Source: an uncultured Erysipelotrichaceae bacterium
GTDB lineage: Bacteria > Bacillota_I > Bacilli_A > RF39 > UBA660
Length of the DNA stretch: 64,000 nucleotides
Assembly: GCA_902767245.1 (NCBI GenBank)
Contig: CACXGO010000029.1
Location: forward strand, 31,598-95,597
Direction: 5' to 3'
Part shown: one piece after another, positions 7,757-18,194 of the stretch
How positions within the stretch are numbered: position 1 is the stretch's first letter
Layout: each line of letters begins with the position of its first letter
Program-made: the position numbers and the translations under genes
The notes under the pieces: generated by a model
Seen by the model: only the letters and a program-made list of their open reading frames with translations
Told to the model about the DNA's origin: nothing
The model's database searches: none

Positions 7757-9794
7757 CTTCTTTTATCTCTCCTTTTTCTAATTTTACAAAATGATCAAAT
7801 AAATCTATATTGTTTAATCGATGAGAAATGACTATTATTGTTTTTTCTTTATATTTGCCAAAAATATTTTTTAAAATTTTTCTTTCTAAAGATATATCTA
7901 ATTGATTTGTTCCTTCATCAATTAAAATTATTTTACTATTAGTCAAAATAGTTCTGGCCAAAATTATTCTTTGTCTTTCACCACCACTTAGATTAAAACC
8001 ATTTTCTTCAATCAAAGTATTTAAACCTAAATCATTTTTTGCTATTTTATTGACACTACATAATAGTGAAGCTTCAATAATTTTATTAGGATTAATGTTA
8101 CGATATAAATCTATATTTTCATAAATTGTATCTGTAAATAACATCTCATTTTGAGCAAGATAAGAAACACATGAAATTGCTTTATTACTGTAATCGTTGA
8201 TATCAATACCATTTATAAAAACCATCTCATTTTTCACTTTTAAATATTTTTTTAATATTTTTAAAAGTGTTGATTTGCCAGAACCACTTTCACCTACCAA
8301 TAAAACTTTTTCACCTTCATTAATAGTTAAATAAATATGCTTTAATATTTCTTCATCACCATAACTATAATTAAGATCTTTAATGAGAATATCAGACTTT
8401 TTAATTTTTTCTATTTTTCCTGAATTTTCTATTTTATAATCAAGTTCCAAAGCTCTTTTTAAGGTATTAATACTTTCCTCGAGTTCACTACTACTATCTA
8501 AAATATTTTTAATTGGATTCATAAAATTAGAATATAAAAAAGTAAATGTAATTAATGCCCCAATGATTAAAGTACCACTTTCTATTTCTAAAATGCCAAG
8601 GAAAATAATTACTAATATTGATATTTCACTGATTAAATCTTTAAAAAAGGTTTCCCAATTAATGCTTTTTGCATATTTTAAAATACTATCAACAAAACCA
8701 TAATAAAGTTGTTTATATTTTTTTATGATTTCATTTTCGATTTTTAAGCCTTTTACACATTCATAAGAACTTATTGATTCAACTAAAAAGGAAGTATTTT
8801 TTTCTCTTAACCTTTGATATTCCTTAATTTTATATTTAAATTTTCCTCTAAAAAAAGCAACTATTATTACATATAAAGTTAAGAATAATAAAGTATATGT
8901 TGTTAATTTAAAACTCAAATTAAACATAACAATTAAAGATAGTATAATTAAAGGAATATTTGAAAATAAAATAATTATAATTTTACTTATAAATGTTTTT
9001 ATTAGTTCTAAATCAGTAATTCTTGAAATAATTTCACCCGTTGTTCGATTACAATAATAAATATAAGGGAAATGAATTATTTTGGCATAAAATTCATTTG
9101 TTAATTCATATGACACTTTCTTATTTAAATAAATGCTCAAAAGATTGCTTAAGTAAGTACTAATCACCTTAAATATTGCTAATGATATAAATATAATTAA
9201 AAATATATATTTTAATCGATAATCATAAGAAATACTTGAAATAAAGGTATTAAATGAAAAAGACAAAATAATAATAAGAATATTTGTAAAAAATGAAATT
9301 AAAGATATTTTAATAATTGAGGTTTTATTTATTTTAAGAAAGTTGGTAATGAAATTTAGAATTGAATAATTCTTAAGATAAGGAATTTTTTTATTTTGAT
9401 AAAATAATATATAAACATTATTTGATATTTTATTAAAGTCTTCAAATTTCATCTTTTTTATTCCGTTAGCAGGATCAGCAATCAAAATTGTCTCTTTTTT
9501 TAAATTAATTTCATAAATTACCACAAAATGATTGAATTTTTTATCAATTGTTACATAAGCAATACATGGCAATTTTAAATTAGAAATATCATCAGTTTTT
9601 ATGGCTTTTGTTTGAAAGCCAATATATTCTGCGACTTTTATAATACTAAATGCTGAAGTCCCTTCTTTATTTGTTTCAAGCATATCTCTTAATTGTTCTT
9701 GTGATATATAACCTTTATAATATCTAATTATCATTGAAAGCGTTGCAACTGCACAATCTTTTACTCCCTCTTGTTTTACAAATGGATATTTCAT
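7743..9794 (-). CDS. Bacteriocin-processing ABC transporter with N-terminal C39 peptidase domain (ComA/LagD/SunT family)
   Basis: N-terminal DCAVATLSMIIRYYKG (C39 catalytic Cys) and NHFVVIY (His). Six TM helices. Walker A GESGSGKST, ABC signature LSGGERQR, Walker B ILIDEGT. Confidence 0.85.
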   Translation of the reverse strand: MKYPFVKQEGVKDCAVATLSMIIRYYKGYISQEQLRDMLETNKEGTSAFSIIKVAEYIGFQTKAIKTDDISNLKLPCIAYVTIDKKFNHFVVIYEINLKKETILIADPANGIKKMKFEDFNKISNNVYILFYQNKKIPYLKNYSILNFITNFLKINKTSIIKISLISFFTNILIIILSFSFNTFISSISYDYRLKYIFLIIFISLAIFKVISTYLSNLLSIYLNKKVSYELTNEFYAKIIHFPYIYYCNRTTGEIISRITDLELIKTFISKIIIILFSNIPLIILSLIVMFNLSFKLTTYTLLFLTLYVIIVAFFRGKFKYKIKEYQRLREKNTSFLVESISSYECVKGLKIENEIIKKYKQLYYGFVDSILKYAKSINWETFFKDLISEISILVIIFLGILEIESGTLIIGALITFTFLYSNFMNPIKNILDSSSELEESINTLKRALELDYKIENSGKIEKIKKSDILIKDLNYSYGDEEILKHIYLTINEGEKVLLVGESGSGKSTLLKILKKYLKVKNEMVFINGIDINDYSNKAISCVSYLAQNEMLFTDTIYENIDLYRNINPNKIIEASLLCSVNKIAKNDLGLNTLIEENGFNLSGGERQRIILARTILTNSKIILIDEGTNQLDISLERKILKNIFGKYKEKTIIVISHRLNNIDLFDHFVKLEKGEIKEDVLY

Positions 9795-9876
9795 TCTTTC
9801 ATCTCCCTTACTATAAACATACCCGGTCGATTTAAAATATCCTTTTTTATTTAAAAAAAACTTTATAGTTTTTTCG

Positions 9877-10416
9877 CTATAAAGTTTTTCTAAATATTTT
9901 TATATATTTATCTCCATATTTTTTTTCTTTTATTAATTCATAATTGCATAAAGGAATTTCTTCTTCATATTCTGCAATTAATAGACCATTTTTATTTAAA
10001 ATATCTAAATTTTCAATCTCTTTAATTGCTTTATTTAATATTTTTTCATGATACGGGGGATCAAGAAAAATAATATCAACATTTTTAAATGTTTTTAAAG
10101 CATTTAAATAATCACTATTAATGAATAGAGATTCTTCTTCAACTTTTATTTCATTGCATGCTTTTTTTATCTCATCTATACATTTTTTGTTCTTATCAAC
10201 AAATATTGCTTTTTTAGCTCCATTACTTAAGGCTTCAAGTCCTAAAGAACCTGTTCCAGCAAATAAGTCTAATACTATGCTATCCTTTAAATAAGGATTT
10301 ATTGTTGCAAATAAAGATTCTCTAACCCTATCCATTGTTGGTCTAGTACCTTCAATATTAAAACCTTTTATAATTCTTCCTTTATATTTACCACTTATTA
10401 TTTTCAAAATTATCAC
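9877..10416 (-). CDS. rsmD: 16S rRNA (guanine966-N2)-methyltransferase RsmD (YlbH)
   Basis: LDLFAGTGSLGLEAL SAM-binding motif and the DPPY motif. Confidence 0.85.
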   Translation of the reverse strand: MIILKIISGKYKGRIIKGFNIEGTRPTMDRVRESLFATINPYLKDSIVLDLFAGTGSLGLEALSNGAKKAIFVDKNKKCIDEIKKACNEIKVEEESLFINSDYLNALKTFKNVDIIFLDPPYHEKILNKAIKEIENLDILNKNGLLIAEYEEEIPLCNYELIKEKKYGDKYIKIFRKTL

Positions 10417-10637
10417 CCATTTATTGTTGCAAGTATTGTTTGTAATGTGTCAATTAAGCTCAAGGCTTTTTCAATACGATCTTGTGGATAAAGTTTATAC
10501 TCTTTTTTTACTTCTGCTTCAAATTCATTAAAATATTTAAAATCACGATTCAATTTTTTATACCAATAAGAATGGGTATGCAAATATTCTAAATACTTAG
10601 GATTACTTCTTATTTTTTCTTGAACTAATCTAATCAT
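10413..10637 (-). CDS. ylbE: YlbE-like small protein
   Basis: Similarity to Bacillus YlbE (basic/aromatic core ...HSYWYKKLNRDF...). Start is probably the internal MIRLVQEK rather than the track ORF start; it overlaps the ylbD stop by a few nt. Confidence 0.4.
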   Translation of the reverse strand: MIRLVQEKIRSNPKYLEYLHTHSYWYKKLNRDFKYFNEFEAEVKKEYKLYPQDRIEKALSLIDTLQTILATING

Positions 10638-10968
10638 CGAATGACTTATAAATTGGCCTTGGTTTATATTCGCTTGTCTCTTCTTTTTTGCCACCCATAT
10701 CTTGTAAGACACCAATAACTCGTTGAATACTATTTACGCCATTTTGAACACTATCTAAATCAATATTCTTGAAAAAATCCAAAAGACTTGTAGAAGTAGC
10801 AGCTCCGACCGTTGCTACTTCTAAATAATCTTTCCAAGCATCTTTAGAGTCTCCATAAATATCATAGATTTCATAAAACTTCTGCCAAGTCATATCACCA
10901 TTACGGACAAAATTAATCAATCGTGGATTTTTACGCACAAAATCTTTAAACTCATCTTTTTTAGACAT
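10630..10968 (-). CDS. ylbD: YlbD-like putative spore coat protein
   Basis: MSKKDEFKDFVRKNPRLINFVRNGDMTWQKFYEIYDIYGDSKDAWKDYL... resembles Bacillus YlbD. The ylbD-ylbE-rsmD(ylbH) synteny is conserved. Confidence 0.45.
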   Translation of the reverse strand: MSKKDEFKDFVRKNPRLINFVRNGDMTWQKFYEIYDIYGDSKDAWKDYLEVATVGAATSTSLLDFFKNIDLDSVQNGVNSIQRVIGVLQDMGGKKEETSEYKPRPIYKSFDD

Positions 10969-10993
10969 ATCTATTCACCAGTAATAGTATATG

Positions 10994-13528
10994 TTATTCT
11001 AACCTAAAATTATCTAAATAATCATCTAAAGAGATAATTTTTTTATCTATCTCTGCTAATTCTGGTTTTTCTTTCTTTTCAGGTTCTTTTTTAATATCTT
11101 CTTTTATTAATTCTTGACGTTCAAAAATTGTTGTAAGTTTATTTTTACTAATAACCGAACCTGTTGAATAGCGATCCATTATTCCAATTTCGGTTACTTT
11201 CATATAATCAATTTGATTACTATATTTAATACCAATATCTTTACGATTTGAAATAATTAATGTTTTAGCTATTCTATATGGATTTGTTTTAACATCACGA
11301 ACAATTTGAACACCTTTTCTCGCTCTTGATGTTTTTTCAAATTCTAAAATACGAACACGTTTTAAAGTCGATTTTTCAGTAGATACTGTTATAAATTCCA
11401 TATCAGAACTAAATATATGACCACTTACTACATAATCATTCTTTAAATTTATTGATTTTACGCCACTACTTTTAACACCAGTTACTGGGATTTCACTTGT
11501 ATCATACCAAAGCGCTAAACCATTATGCGTTGTTATAAATGTATGTTCGCCACTATTCATAGTTACATCAATAACACTATCATCATCTTTCAATTTAATT
11601 GCTGTCATTGGTTTTGAATATCTTTGAACTTCAAAATCGGCAAGAATGCTTCTTTTAACCATTCCATTTTTTGTAAATATTGTTATAACTTCATCATTTT
11701 TAAAATTATAAACAGGAATTGATGCAACTATTTCTTCACCAGTTGCAAGAGTTATAACATTGCTAATATGTTTACCAAGCTCACGCCATTTTGATTCTGG
11801 AATTTCATGAACAGGAACATACAAATAATTACCCATGTTGGTAAATAATAATATTGTATTTAATGTACTCATTTGATATAAGCCGATTACATAATCAAGA
11901 TCCTTAACAAATGCCTCTTCTTCACTTGCTTGATAGCTTTTTAAAGAAACTCTTTTTACATAACCATCTTTAGTTACAACTACAACACAATCTTCTTTTG
12001 GAATCATTTCTTTATTATCAAATTTTATTTCTTCCATAGTATCAACAATTTCTGATTTTCGTGGAGTTGCATATTCATCTTTTACTTTTTTAAGCTCAGC
12101 TTTAATTACTGATCTTAATTTTTCTGGACTTTCTAAAATACTATTTAGCATTTCTATACTCTTTCTTAATCTTGCAGCTCCTTCTTCTAATTCCGTAATA
12201 TCGGTATTAGTCAAGCGGTAAAGTTGTAATTCCACTATTGCTTTGGCCTGCGCTTCAGTAAAATCAAATTTATTTACCAAATTTTCAATTGCGTTTGCCT
12301 TATTTACACTTGATCTAATTGTTGCAATTACTTTATCTAAAATAGATATAGCTTTAATTAGACCAACAACAATATGCTCTCTTTTACTCGCAAACTCTAA
12401 ATCATACTTTGTTCTTCTTGTAATAACCTCTTTTTGATGAGCAATATAGGCATCTAAAATATCTAAAATGCCAAGTGTCATTGGTCTTCTATTAACAATA
12501 GCTACCATATTATAGTTATAACTTATTTGAAGTTCAGTATTTTTAAATAAATATCCTAGTATATTTTCTTTATTAGCGTCTTTTTTGACATCAATTGCAA
12601 TTCTCTCTGGATCATTACGATCTGATTCATCACGAACATCAACTATACCATCTATCTTTTTATCTAAACGAATTTCGTTTATTTTTTTTACAAGCATTGC
12701 TTTATTTACATCAAATGGAATTTCGCTAATAATTATTTGTTCTTTTCCTTTTTCAGAATTAAAACTATATTTAGCACGAATTATTACTTTGCCACGTCCG
12801 GTTTTAAAACATTCATAAATGCTTGATTTATCAGAAACAATTCCACCTGTTGGAAAATCTGGACCTTTGACAATTTCTAAAATCTCTTCTAAAGTACAAT
12901 TTGGTTTTTCAATTCTTTTAATTGTTGCATCGATTATTTCACCTAAATTATGTGGTGGAATATTGGTTGCATAACCAGCAGAAATTCCATTAGAGCCATT
13001 AACAAGCAAATTTGGAAATTTTGTTGGTAAAACTGTTGGTTCTTTTAATGAATCATCATAATTCGGTGCAAAGTTAACCGTATCTCTTTCAATATCTTTA
13101 AGTAATTCATTACTAATTTTTGCAAGTCTTGCTTCGGTATAACGCATTGCTGCTGCGCCATCGCCATCCATTGAACCATTATTTCCTTGCATATCAATAT
13201 AAGGTGTTGATTGCTTCCACCATTGACTCATACGAACCATCGCTTCATAAATTGAAGAATCTCCATGTGGATGATAAGCACCCATAACATTTCCAACTGT
13301 TTTGGCACATTTTTTATATGGTTTATCATATGTATAACCATCTTTAAACATGCAATATAAAATACGTCTTTGAACCGGTTTTAAACCATCTCTTACATCA
13401 GGAATCGCACGATCTTGAATAATTGATTTTGAATATCTCCCAAAACAACTACCCATTATTTCTTCTAAAGTATAATCATGGATTCTTTTCAATATTTCTT
13501 CAGTGTCATTTGTTTTTTTCATTTTCAC
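10994..13528 (-). CDS. parC: DNA topoisomerase IV subunit A (GrlA/ParC-type)
   Basis: [16 protein letters not shown]; [22 protein letters not shown]; [21 protein letters not shown] (the GNNGS form is typical of Gram-positive ParC/GrlA). Confidence 0.8.
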   Translation of the reverse strand: MKMKKTNDTEEILKRIHDYTLEEIMGSCFGRYSKSIIQDRAIPDVRDGLKPVQRRILYCMFKDGYTYDKPYKKCAKTVGNVMGAYHPHGDSSIYEAMVRMSQWWKQSTPYIDMQGNNGSMDGDGAAAMRYTEARLAKISNELLKDIERDTVNFAPNYDDSLKEPTVLPTKFPNLLVNGSNGISAGYATNIPPHNLGEIIDATIKRIEKPNCTLEEILEIVKGPDFPTGGIVSDKSSIYECFKTGRGKVIIRAKYSFNSEKGKEQIIISEIPFDVNKAMLVKKINEIRLDKKIDGIVDVRDESDRNDPERIAIDVKKDANKENILGYLFKNTELQISYNYNMVAIVNRRPMTLGILDILDAYIAHQKEVITRRTKYDLEFASKREHIVVGLIKAISILDKVIATIRSSVNKANAIENLVNKFDFTEAQAKAIVELQLYRLTNTDITELEEGAARLRKSIEMLNSILESPEKLRSVIKAELKKVKDEYATPRKSEIVDTMEEIKFDNKEMIPKEDCVVVVTKDGYVKRVSLKSYQASEEEAFVKDLDYVIGLYQMSTLNTILLFTNMGNYLYVPVHEIPESKWRELGKHISNVITLATGEEIVASIPVYNFKNDEVITIFTKNGMVKRSILADFEVQRYSKPMTAIKLKDDDSVIDVTMNSGEHTFITTHNGLALWYDTSEIPVTGVKSSGVKSINLKNDYVVSGHIFSSDMEFITVSTEKSTLKRVRILEFEKTSRARKGVQIVRDVKTNPYRIAKTLIISNRKDIGIKYSNQIDYMKVTEIGIMDRYSTGSVISKNKLTTIFERQELIKEDIKKEPEKKEKPELAEIDKKIISLDDYLDNFRLE

Positions 13529-14096
13529 ACTTCCTTATATATTCAAGTATTTGATGCCAATTATCAAATCGCTTTAAATCAGAACTCTTATTGTAGTCTG
13601 TAGTCATTAATATAGCATTAATTCCATATTTTTTTGCATCTTCACATTGATTTATAAAATCATCTATGAATAAATCAATTTTATTTTCTTTACATATAAT
13701 TCCTTTTTCTTTAATTCCTACATATAACTTCTCATAATTAATATGATTATCTTCAAGCCATTTTTTCGTTTGATTATATGGGATTTTATATGATTTTTCA
13801 CTTCTTGATGAAATAAAATAAATTTTAACCATCTTAATTAATTCATCATATACTTCCCTAAAATCTTTTCTTAAAGAAACATTCATAAGTTTTTCATTTT
13901 CTTTAACATAATTAAAAAAACCTTTTTTATCATCTAAAGTCCAATAAAACATTTCTGTAAAATCATAGGCATCTTCGTCTTGAAATCCTTTATTACCAAT
14001 TAATTTATCATATTCTTTAGCACATTCAATCAAATATGAATTTGTGTTAGTAATTGTATCATCAATATCAATCCCTAGTTTGATCATATATTTCAC
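13506..14096 (-). CDS. HAD-superfamily 5'(3')-deoxyribonucleotidase-like hydrolase
   Basis: GIDIDDTIT DxDxT motif and overall NT5C-like length and pattern. Confidence 0.55.
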   Translation of the reverse strand: MKYMIKLGIDIDDTITNTNSYLIECAKEYDKLIGNKGFQDEDAYDFTEMFYWTLDDKKGFFNYVKENEKLMNVSLRKDFREVYDELIKMVKIYFISSRSEKSYKIPYNQTKKWLEDNHINYEKLYVGIKEKGIICKENKIDLFIDDFINQCEDAKKYGINAILMTTDYNKSSDLKRFDNWHQILEYIRKCENEKNK

Positions 14097-14163
14097 CTAG
14101 TTAATTATAACAAATAAAGTATTATTTTTCAAACAAAAGAAAAATTAAGATGTTTTTATTATC

Positions 14164-14967
14164 TTAATTTTTAACATGTACATCCATTTGCGGAAATGGA
14201 ATTGAAATATTATTTTTATCTAAAGCATTTTTAATATTTTCTTTTAAATCAAAGCTCACTGGCCAATAATCTGCAGAATTAACCCAAACTCTTACAGCAA
14301 AATTAAGTGATGAGTCTCCCATTTCATTCAAACGGACAAAGATATCTTTTTCTTTTAAAATTCTTTCATCTTTTAAAGCCACTTCAGTTATTACTTGTTT
14401 AACTTTTTCAATATCACTTTTATAATCAACAGCGATTATCAAATCAAGTCTTCTTTCCTTAAGTTTAGAATAATTGACAACCGGGTTATTTACCAAGGCT
14501 CCATTTGGAAGCATAATAACGCGATTATCAAATGTTTGAAGAGTGGTATAAAAAAGAGAAATTGCTGTTACAGTCCCACTATCAGCATGAGTATCAATAT
14601 AATCTCCAACTTGGAATGGTTTAAAAATTATAATCATTACCCCACCAGCTAAATTTGAAAGTCCGCCCTGCAAAGCAAGACCAATTGCTACTGCTGCCGA
14701 GCCTAAAATTGTAATTAAAGATGTTGTAGGAACACCTAAGAAAGCTGCAACTGAAATATATAAAATTATTTTCAATGTTATTGAAATAAAGCTTAACAAA
14801 AATGTTTGTAAACTCTTTTCAAGTTTTTTAAAAAGTTTATCTTTATTTAATACTTTAATTAAAAATTTTATTAATTTAAGCCCAAGCCATAAAATAAAAA
14901 TTGCTTCCAATATTCTAATTCCGGAATTTATTAAAATATCAATAATTTTTTTTACTGTTTCACTCAT
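14164..14967 (-). CDS. mscS: Small-conductance mechanosensitive channel (MscS family)
   Basis: Three TM helices followed by a conserved MscS beta-domain (...FKPFQVGDYI...ISLFYTTLQTFDNRVIMLPNG...). Confidence 0.8.
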   Translation of the reverse strand: MSETVKKIIDILINSGIRILEAIFILWLGLKLIKFLIKVLNKDKLFKKLEKSLQTFLLSFISITLKIILYISVAAFLGVPTTSLITILGSAAVAIGLALQGGLSNLAGGVMIIIFKPFQVGDYIDTHADSGTVTAISLFYTTLQTFDNRVIMLPNGALVNNPVVNYSKLKERRLDLIIAVDYKSDIEKVKQVITEVALKDERILKEKDIFVRLNEMGDSSLNFAVRVWVNSADYWPVSFDLKENIKNALDKNNISIPFPQMDVHVKN

Positions 14968-14977
14968 GTTTTACCTC

Positions 14978-16333
14978 CTAATCATTCCATCCATAAACTT
15001 TCATTAAAACTTTATATGGATAAGCATATGCTGAAAGTGGAAAATATTCTAAATCAACTGTATTTGAATTAACTAATAAATCTATAACTTTCCCATTTGC
15101 ATCTTTTATTTGACCAATTACACTAACAACATGTCTTGTGGGTCCGGTTGTTCCAACCACAATAACATCACCTTTATCACCAAGATATAAGTTTTCATTA
15201 TATTTACCACAAAGACCATAACCTGTATTGTTTTTAAAATAACTAACAATTGATGGCACATATGTCCAAGAATAAACAAAACCTGATGCCGTATTTGCAG
15301 TATTCTTTTTAGAACCATACCACTTCCATTGCTCTTTTCCATAATGATCCATTGGAATTCCACCTGCATACATTACTTGTGAAACATAATTAACGCAATT
15401 GGCATTATATGTACGCCATTTTGTAGTATTTCTTCTTCCTACCCATATTAATGCATATTCATAAGCCTTTTGGCGATCAAAACCATGATCACATTTTAGC
15501 ACATCATAATTTCCATTTAAATAATTGGTATACATGGTTTTAATCTTTTTATTTTCGACTTCAAAAGTTTTTAAATAATTTGCTTTTATTTTGTCTAATG
15601 CTTCTTCATAATTTTCAGTTGTTTTATAAACATCTGTAATCATAACATAAAAATCTTGAACTTTCTTAAAATAACTTATTTTATAAATTCCATTTTCTTC
15701 TTTTAAATTAAAATTATTTTCAATATTATAAACAGCTGTTGGATAAGAAGTAGTTGATATAAAATTGTAGCTACAATTTTCTAAAACTGTAAATGATATT
15801 ACATCATCTGTTTTCTTATATTTTTTCACAGTTAATTCATACTTAACATTATTTAATCTTAAATTTAAAGCACTTTGCTTACGATTTTCAATTAGCAAAT
15901 CTAGAGTTGTTTTATAAATATAAGCATTTTCTTTATTTTGAAACATATCACTTATGTCTTTATATTCTAAATTAGCAATTATATCATAATATCTTTCAAA
16001 AAATTCCTTTAATAATGTTTTTATTTTATCTTTTTCTTCATTAGGAAAACTCGAATCAAAAGAGATTTTTTTATCCGTTATTGACGCCTTGGCAGGAATT
16101 TTTACCACTTCTTCTTTTTTTGATTCTTTTTCCTTTTGATCTTCTTGTTTAGGTTTATCTTTGGAGTCCTCTTTCTTTGATTCTTCTTTTGGAATTTCAG
16201 TATTCGGTTTTTCATCAACATAAATTGGTTTACTTAATGGTTTTTTAATATCTAAACTAGTAAAAATCTTTAAGCCAACCACTAAAATTAAAGCAACAAT
16301 CACAAACACTAATAAAAATTTCTTTTGATTCAC
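14978..16333 (-). CDS. Membrane-anchored protein with K/E-rich linker and C-terminal putative amidase (Amidase_6-like) domain
   Basis: N-terminal TM helix, low-complexity KEDSKDKPKQEDQKEKESKKEE stretch, and C-terminal ...WRTYNANCVNYVSQVMYAGGIPMD... typical of the 'putative amidase domain'. Confidence 0.45.
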   Translation of the reverse strand: MNQKKFLLVFVIVALILVVGLKIFTSLDIKKPLSKPIYVDEKPNTEIPKEESKKEDSKDKPKQEDQKEKESKKEEVVKIPAKASITDKKISFDSSFPNEEKDKIKTLLKEFFERYYDIIANLEYKDISDMFQNKENAYIYKTTLDLLIENRKQSALNLRLNNVKYELTVKKYKKTDDVISFTVLENCSYNFISTTSYPTAVYNIENNFNLKEENGIYKISYFKKVQDFYVMITDVYKTTENYEEALDKIKANYLKTFEVENKKIKTMYTNYLNGNYDVLKCDHGFDRQKAYEYALIWVGRRNTTKWRTYNANCVNYVSQVMYAGGIPMDHYGKEQWKWYGSKKNTANTASGFVYSWTYVPSIVSYFKNNTGYGLCGKYNENLYLGDKGDVIVVGTTGPTRHVVSVIGQIKDANGKVIDLLVNSNTVDLEYFPLSAYAYPYKVLMKVYGWND

Positions 16334-16374
16334 AATACCACCAATTTTATTATATCAAAAAAAGTTAGCATTTG

Positions 16375-16725
16375 CTAACTTTTTGGTTTAAATATTAGAC
16401 TTAAGAAAAAGGAGAAAACAATTGCTGCGGTTATCCCAGAACAAGTAAGGTCAAACATCCCCATAAATAGTCCCATAATCCCCTCTTCTTTTGCTCTTAA
16501 TAAAGCTGCATGACATAATGAATGACCAAAACTAGTTATTGGAACACTTGCACCAGCTCCTGCATAAATTAGAATTTTATCATAAATAGAAAAAAATTCT
16601 AATAGTGCTCCAACAACTACAAATAAACTAGTTACGTGCCCTGGAGTTAACTTTGTATTATCTAAAATTAATTGTCCAATTAAGCAAACTAAACCACAAA
16701 ACAAGAATGCATAAAAATACACCAT
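16375..16725 (-). CDS. spoVAEB: Stage V sporulation protein AEB
   Basis: 116 aa membrane protein downstream of spoVAD; SpoVAC/SpoVAEB family. Confidence 0.7.
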   Translation of the reverse strand: MVYFYAFLFCGLVCLIGQLILDNTKLTPGHVTSLFVVVGALLEFFSIYDKILIYAGAGASVPITSFGHSLCHAALLRAKEEGIMGLFMGMFDLTCSGITAAIVFSFFLSLIFKPKS

Positions 16726-17708
16726 TATATCGCCTCCAAACTTATAGCGTGAGCAATCGCTGGAATTGTTTCATGTTGATTAACAGTTGTTGTTGAAAGT
16801 AATGCTCCTGTTGCAACAATTAAAACTTTTTTTAAATTCTTTTTTTTCATTTCTTCTAATATATAAGTATAAGTTACAAGTGGTGCGCAAGCTGGACCAC
16901 TACCACCAGAATAAACACTTTGAGTTTTAATATTATAAATCATTGTCCCACAATCATTATAATTTTTTAAATTAATTTTATATTCCTTTTTCATTAGTTC
17001 TTTTAATATTCTTTTACCACATTCACCTAAATCACCTGATAAAACCAAATCATAATAACTTAAATCACGATTTAAAGCTTTTAGATGATTATATATTGTT
17101 TTTGCACAAGCTGGTGCCATTACTGCTCCCATTTGATATGCATCTTTAATTCCATAGTCAACAACTTCCCCTATTGTTGCGGCGTCAATTTTAATATCAG
17201 TTTTTTTGTTTGTAATAACGATTCCAGCTGAACCTGTTACCGTAAATGTTGCAGAATTAGGTTTAGGTCCACCATATTCAACGGGATAACGAAATTGTTT
17301 TTCAGCAGCATTATTATGTGAAGTAACATTAACCAAAACATTATTAACTATTTTTTTATCAACTAATGACGATGCAAGTAAAATCCCTTCAGTGCTAGTT
17401 GCACAAGCATTATAAATACCTAAAAATGGTATATTTACTTTACTTGCCGCAAATGAAGAAGCTGTAATTTGATTAAGTAAATCTCCTCCAAATAATAAAT
17501 CTACTTTATTTCTCTCTACTAAATTATTGATTGTTTCAAAAGCCATTTTACTTTCAGCTTGTTCCCAAGTTTTACTACCACAATAACCATCTTCATAGTA
17601 TTTATCAAAATAATGCTTTAATGGCCCTTCTTTTTCTAGCTTGCCCACAATAACATCAGTATCTTTTACATAAGCATTTTCAAATTTAAGTGTCATATTA
17701 TCCTCCAA
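16725..17708 (-). CDS. spoVAD: Stage V sporulation protein AD
   Basis: 327 aa, thiolase-like fold, conserved SpoVAD N-terminus (...KLEKEGPLKHYFDKYY...). Confidence 0.85.
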   Translation of the reverse strand: MEDNMTLKFENAYVKDTDVIVGKLEKEGPLKHYFDKYYEDGYCGSKTWEQAESKMAFETINNLVERNKVDLLFGGDLLNQITASSFAASKVNIPFLGIYNACATSTEGILLASSLVDKKIVNNVLVNVTSHNNAAEKQFRYPVEYGGPKPNSATFTVTGSAGIVITNKKTDIKIDAATIGEVVDYGIKDAYQMGAVMAPACAKTIYNHLKALNRDLSYYDLVLSGDLGECGKRILKELMKKEYKINLKNYNDCGTMIYNIKTQSVYSGGSGPACAPLVTYTYILEEMKKKNLKKVLIVATGALLSTTTVNQHETIPAIAHAISLEAI

Positions 17709-18138
17709 AAATTATATAATTAAGTAGTCCAAAAAAGAAAGCACTAACTACACCATAAACAATTACTGTTCCGGCAAGTTTAAACATATTAGCTCCAATA
17801 CCAGTGACTAGTCCCTCTTTTTTATATTCTAATGTTGCACTCATCATTGAATGAGCAAAACCAGCAATTGGAATTATAAGACCAGCCCTTGCAAAATGAA
17901 CCATTTTATCAAAAAATCCTAAACCAGTAAGTAAACAGCCAAGGAAAATTAAGGTTACAATTGCAAAAGTAGTTGCTTGAGTAACTGTGATTTCAAATAA
18001 ATAACTATATAAATCGGTCAATAGCTGGGCCAAAACACCCATTAAACCTCCAATAAAAAATGCAACAAAACTGTTTCTTAATCTATTTTCTTTGGGCAAA
18101 TTTTTTTTAACTAAAGTTTTATATTCTTGTTTAATCAT
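17698..18138 (-). CDS. spoVAC: Stage V sporulation protein AC
   Basis: 146 aa four-TM protein immediately after the sigma gene, as in clostridial sigF-spoVAC/D/E arrangements. Confidence 0.75.
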   Translation of the reverse strand: MIKQEYKTLVKKNLPKENRLRNSFVAFFIGGLMGVLAQLLTDLYSYLFEITVTQATTFAIVTLIFLGCLLTGLGFFDKMVHFARAGLIIPIAGFAHSMMSATLEYKKEGLVTGIGANMFKLAGTVIVYGVVSAFFFGLLNYIIFGG

Positions 18139-18194
18139 ATATTTCCTCCGTTTTTATTATGTATTTAAGATAAATTTATATACTAAAAAACAGT

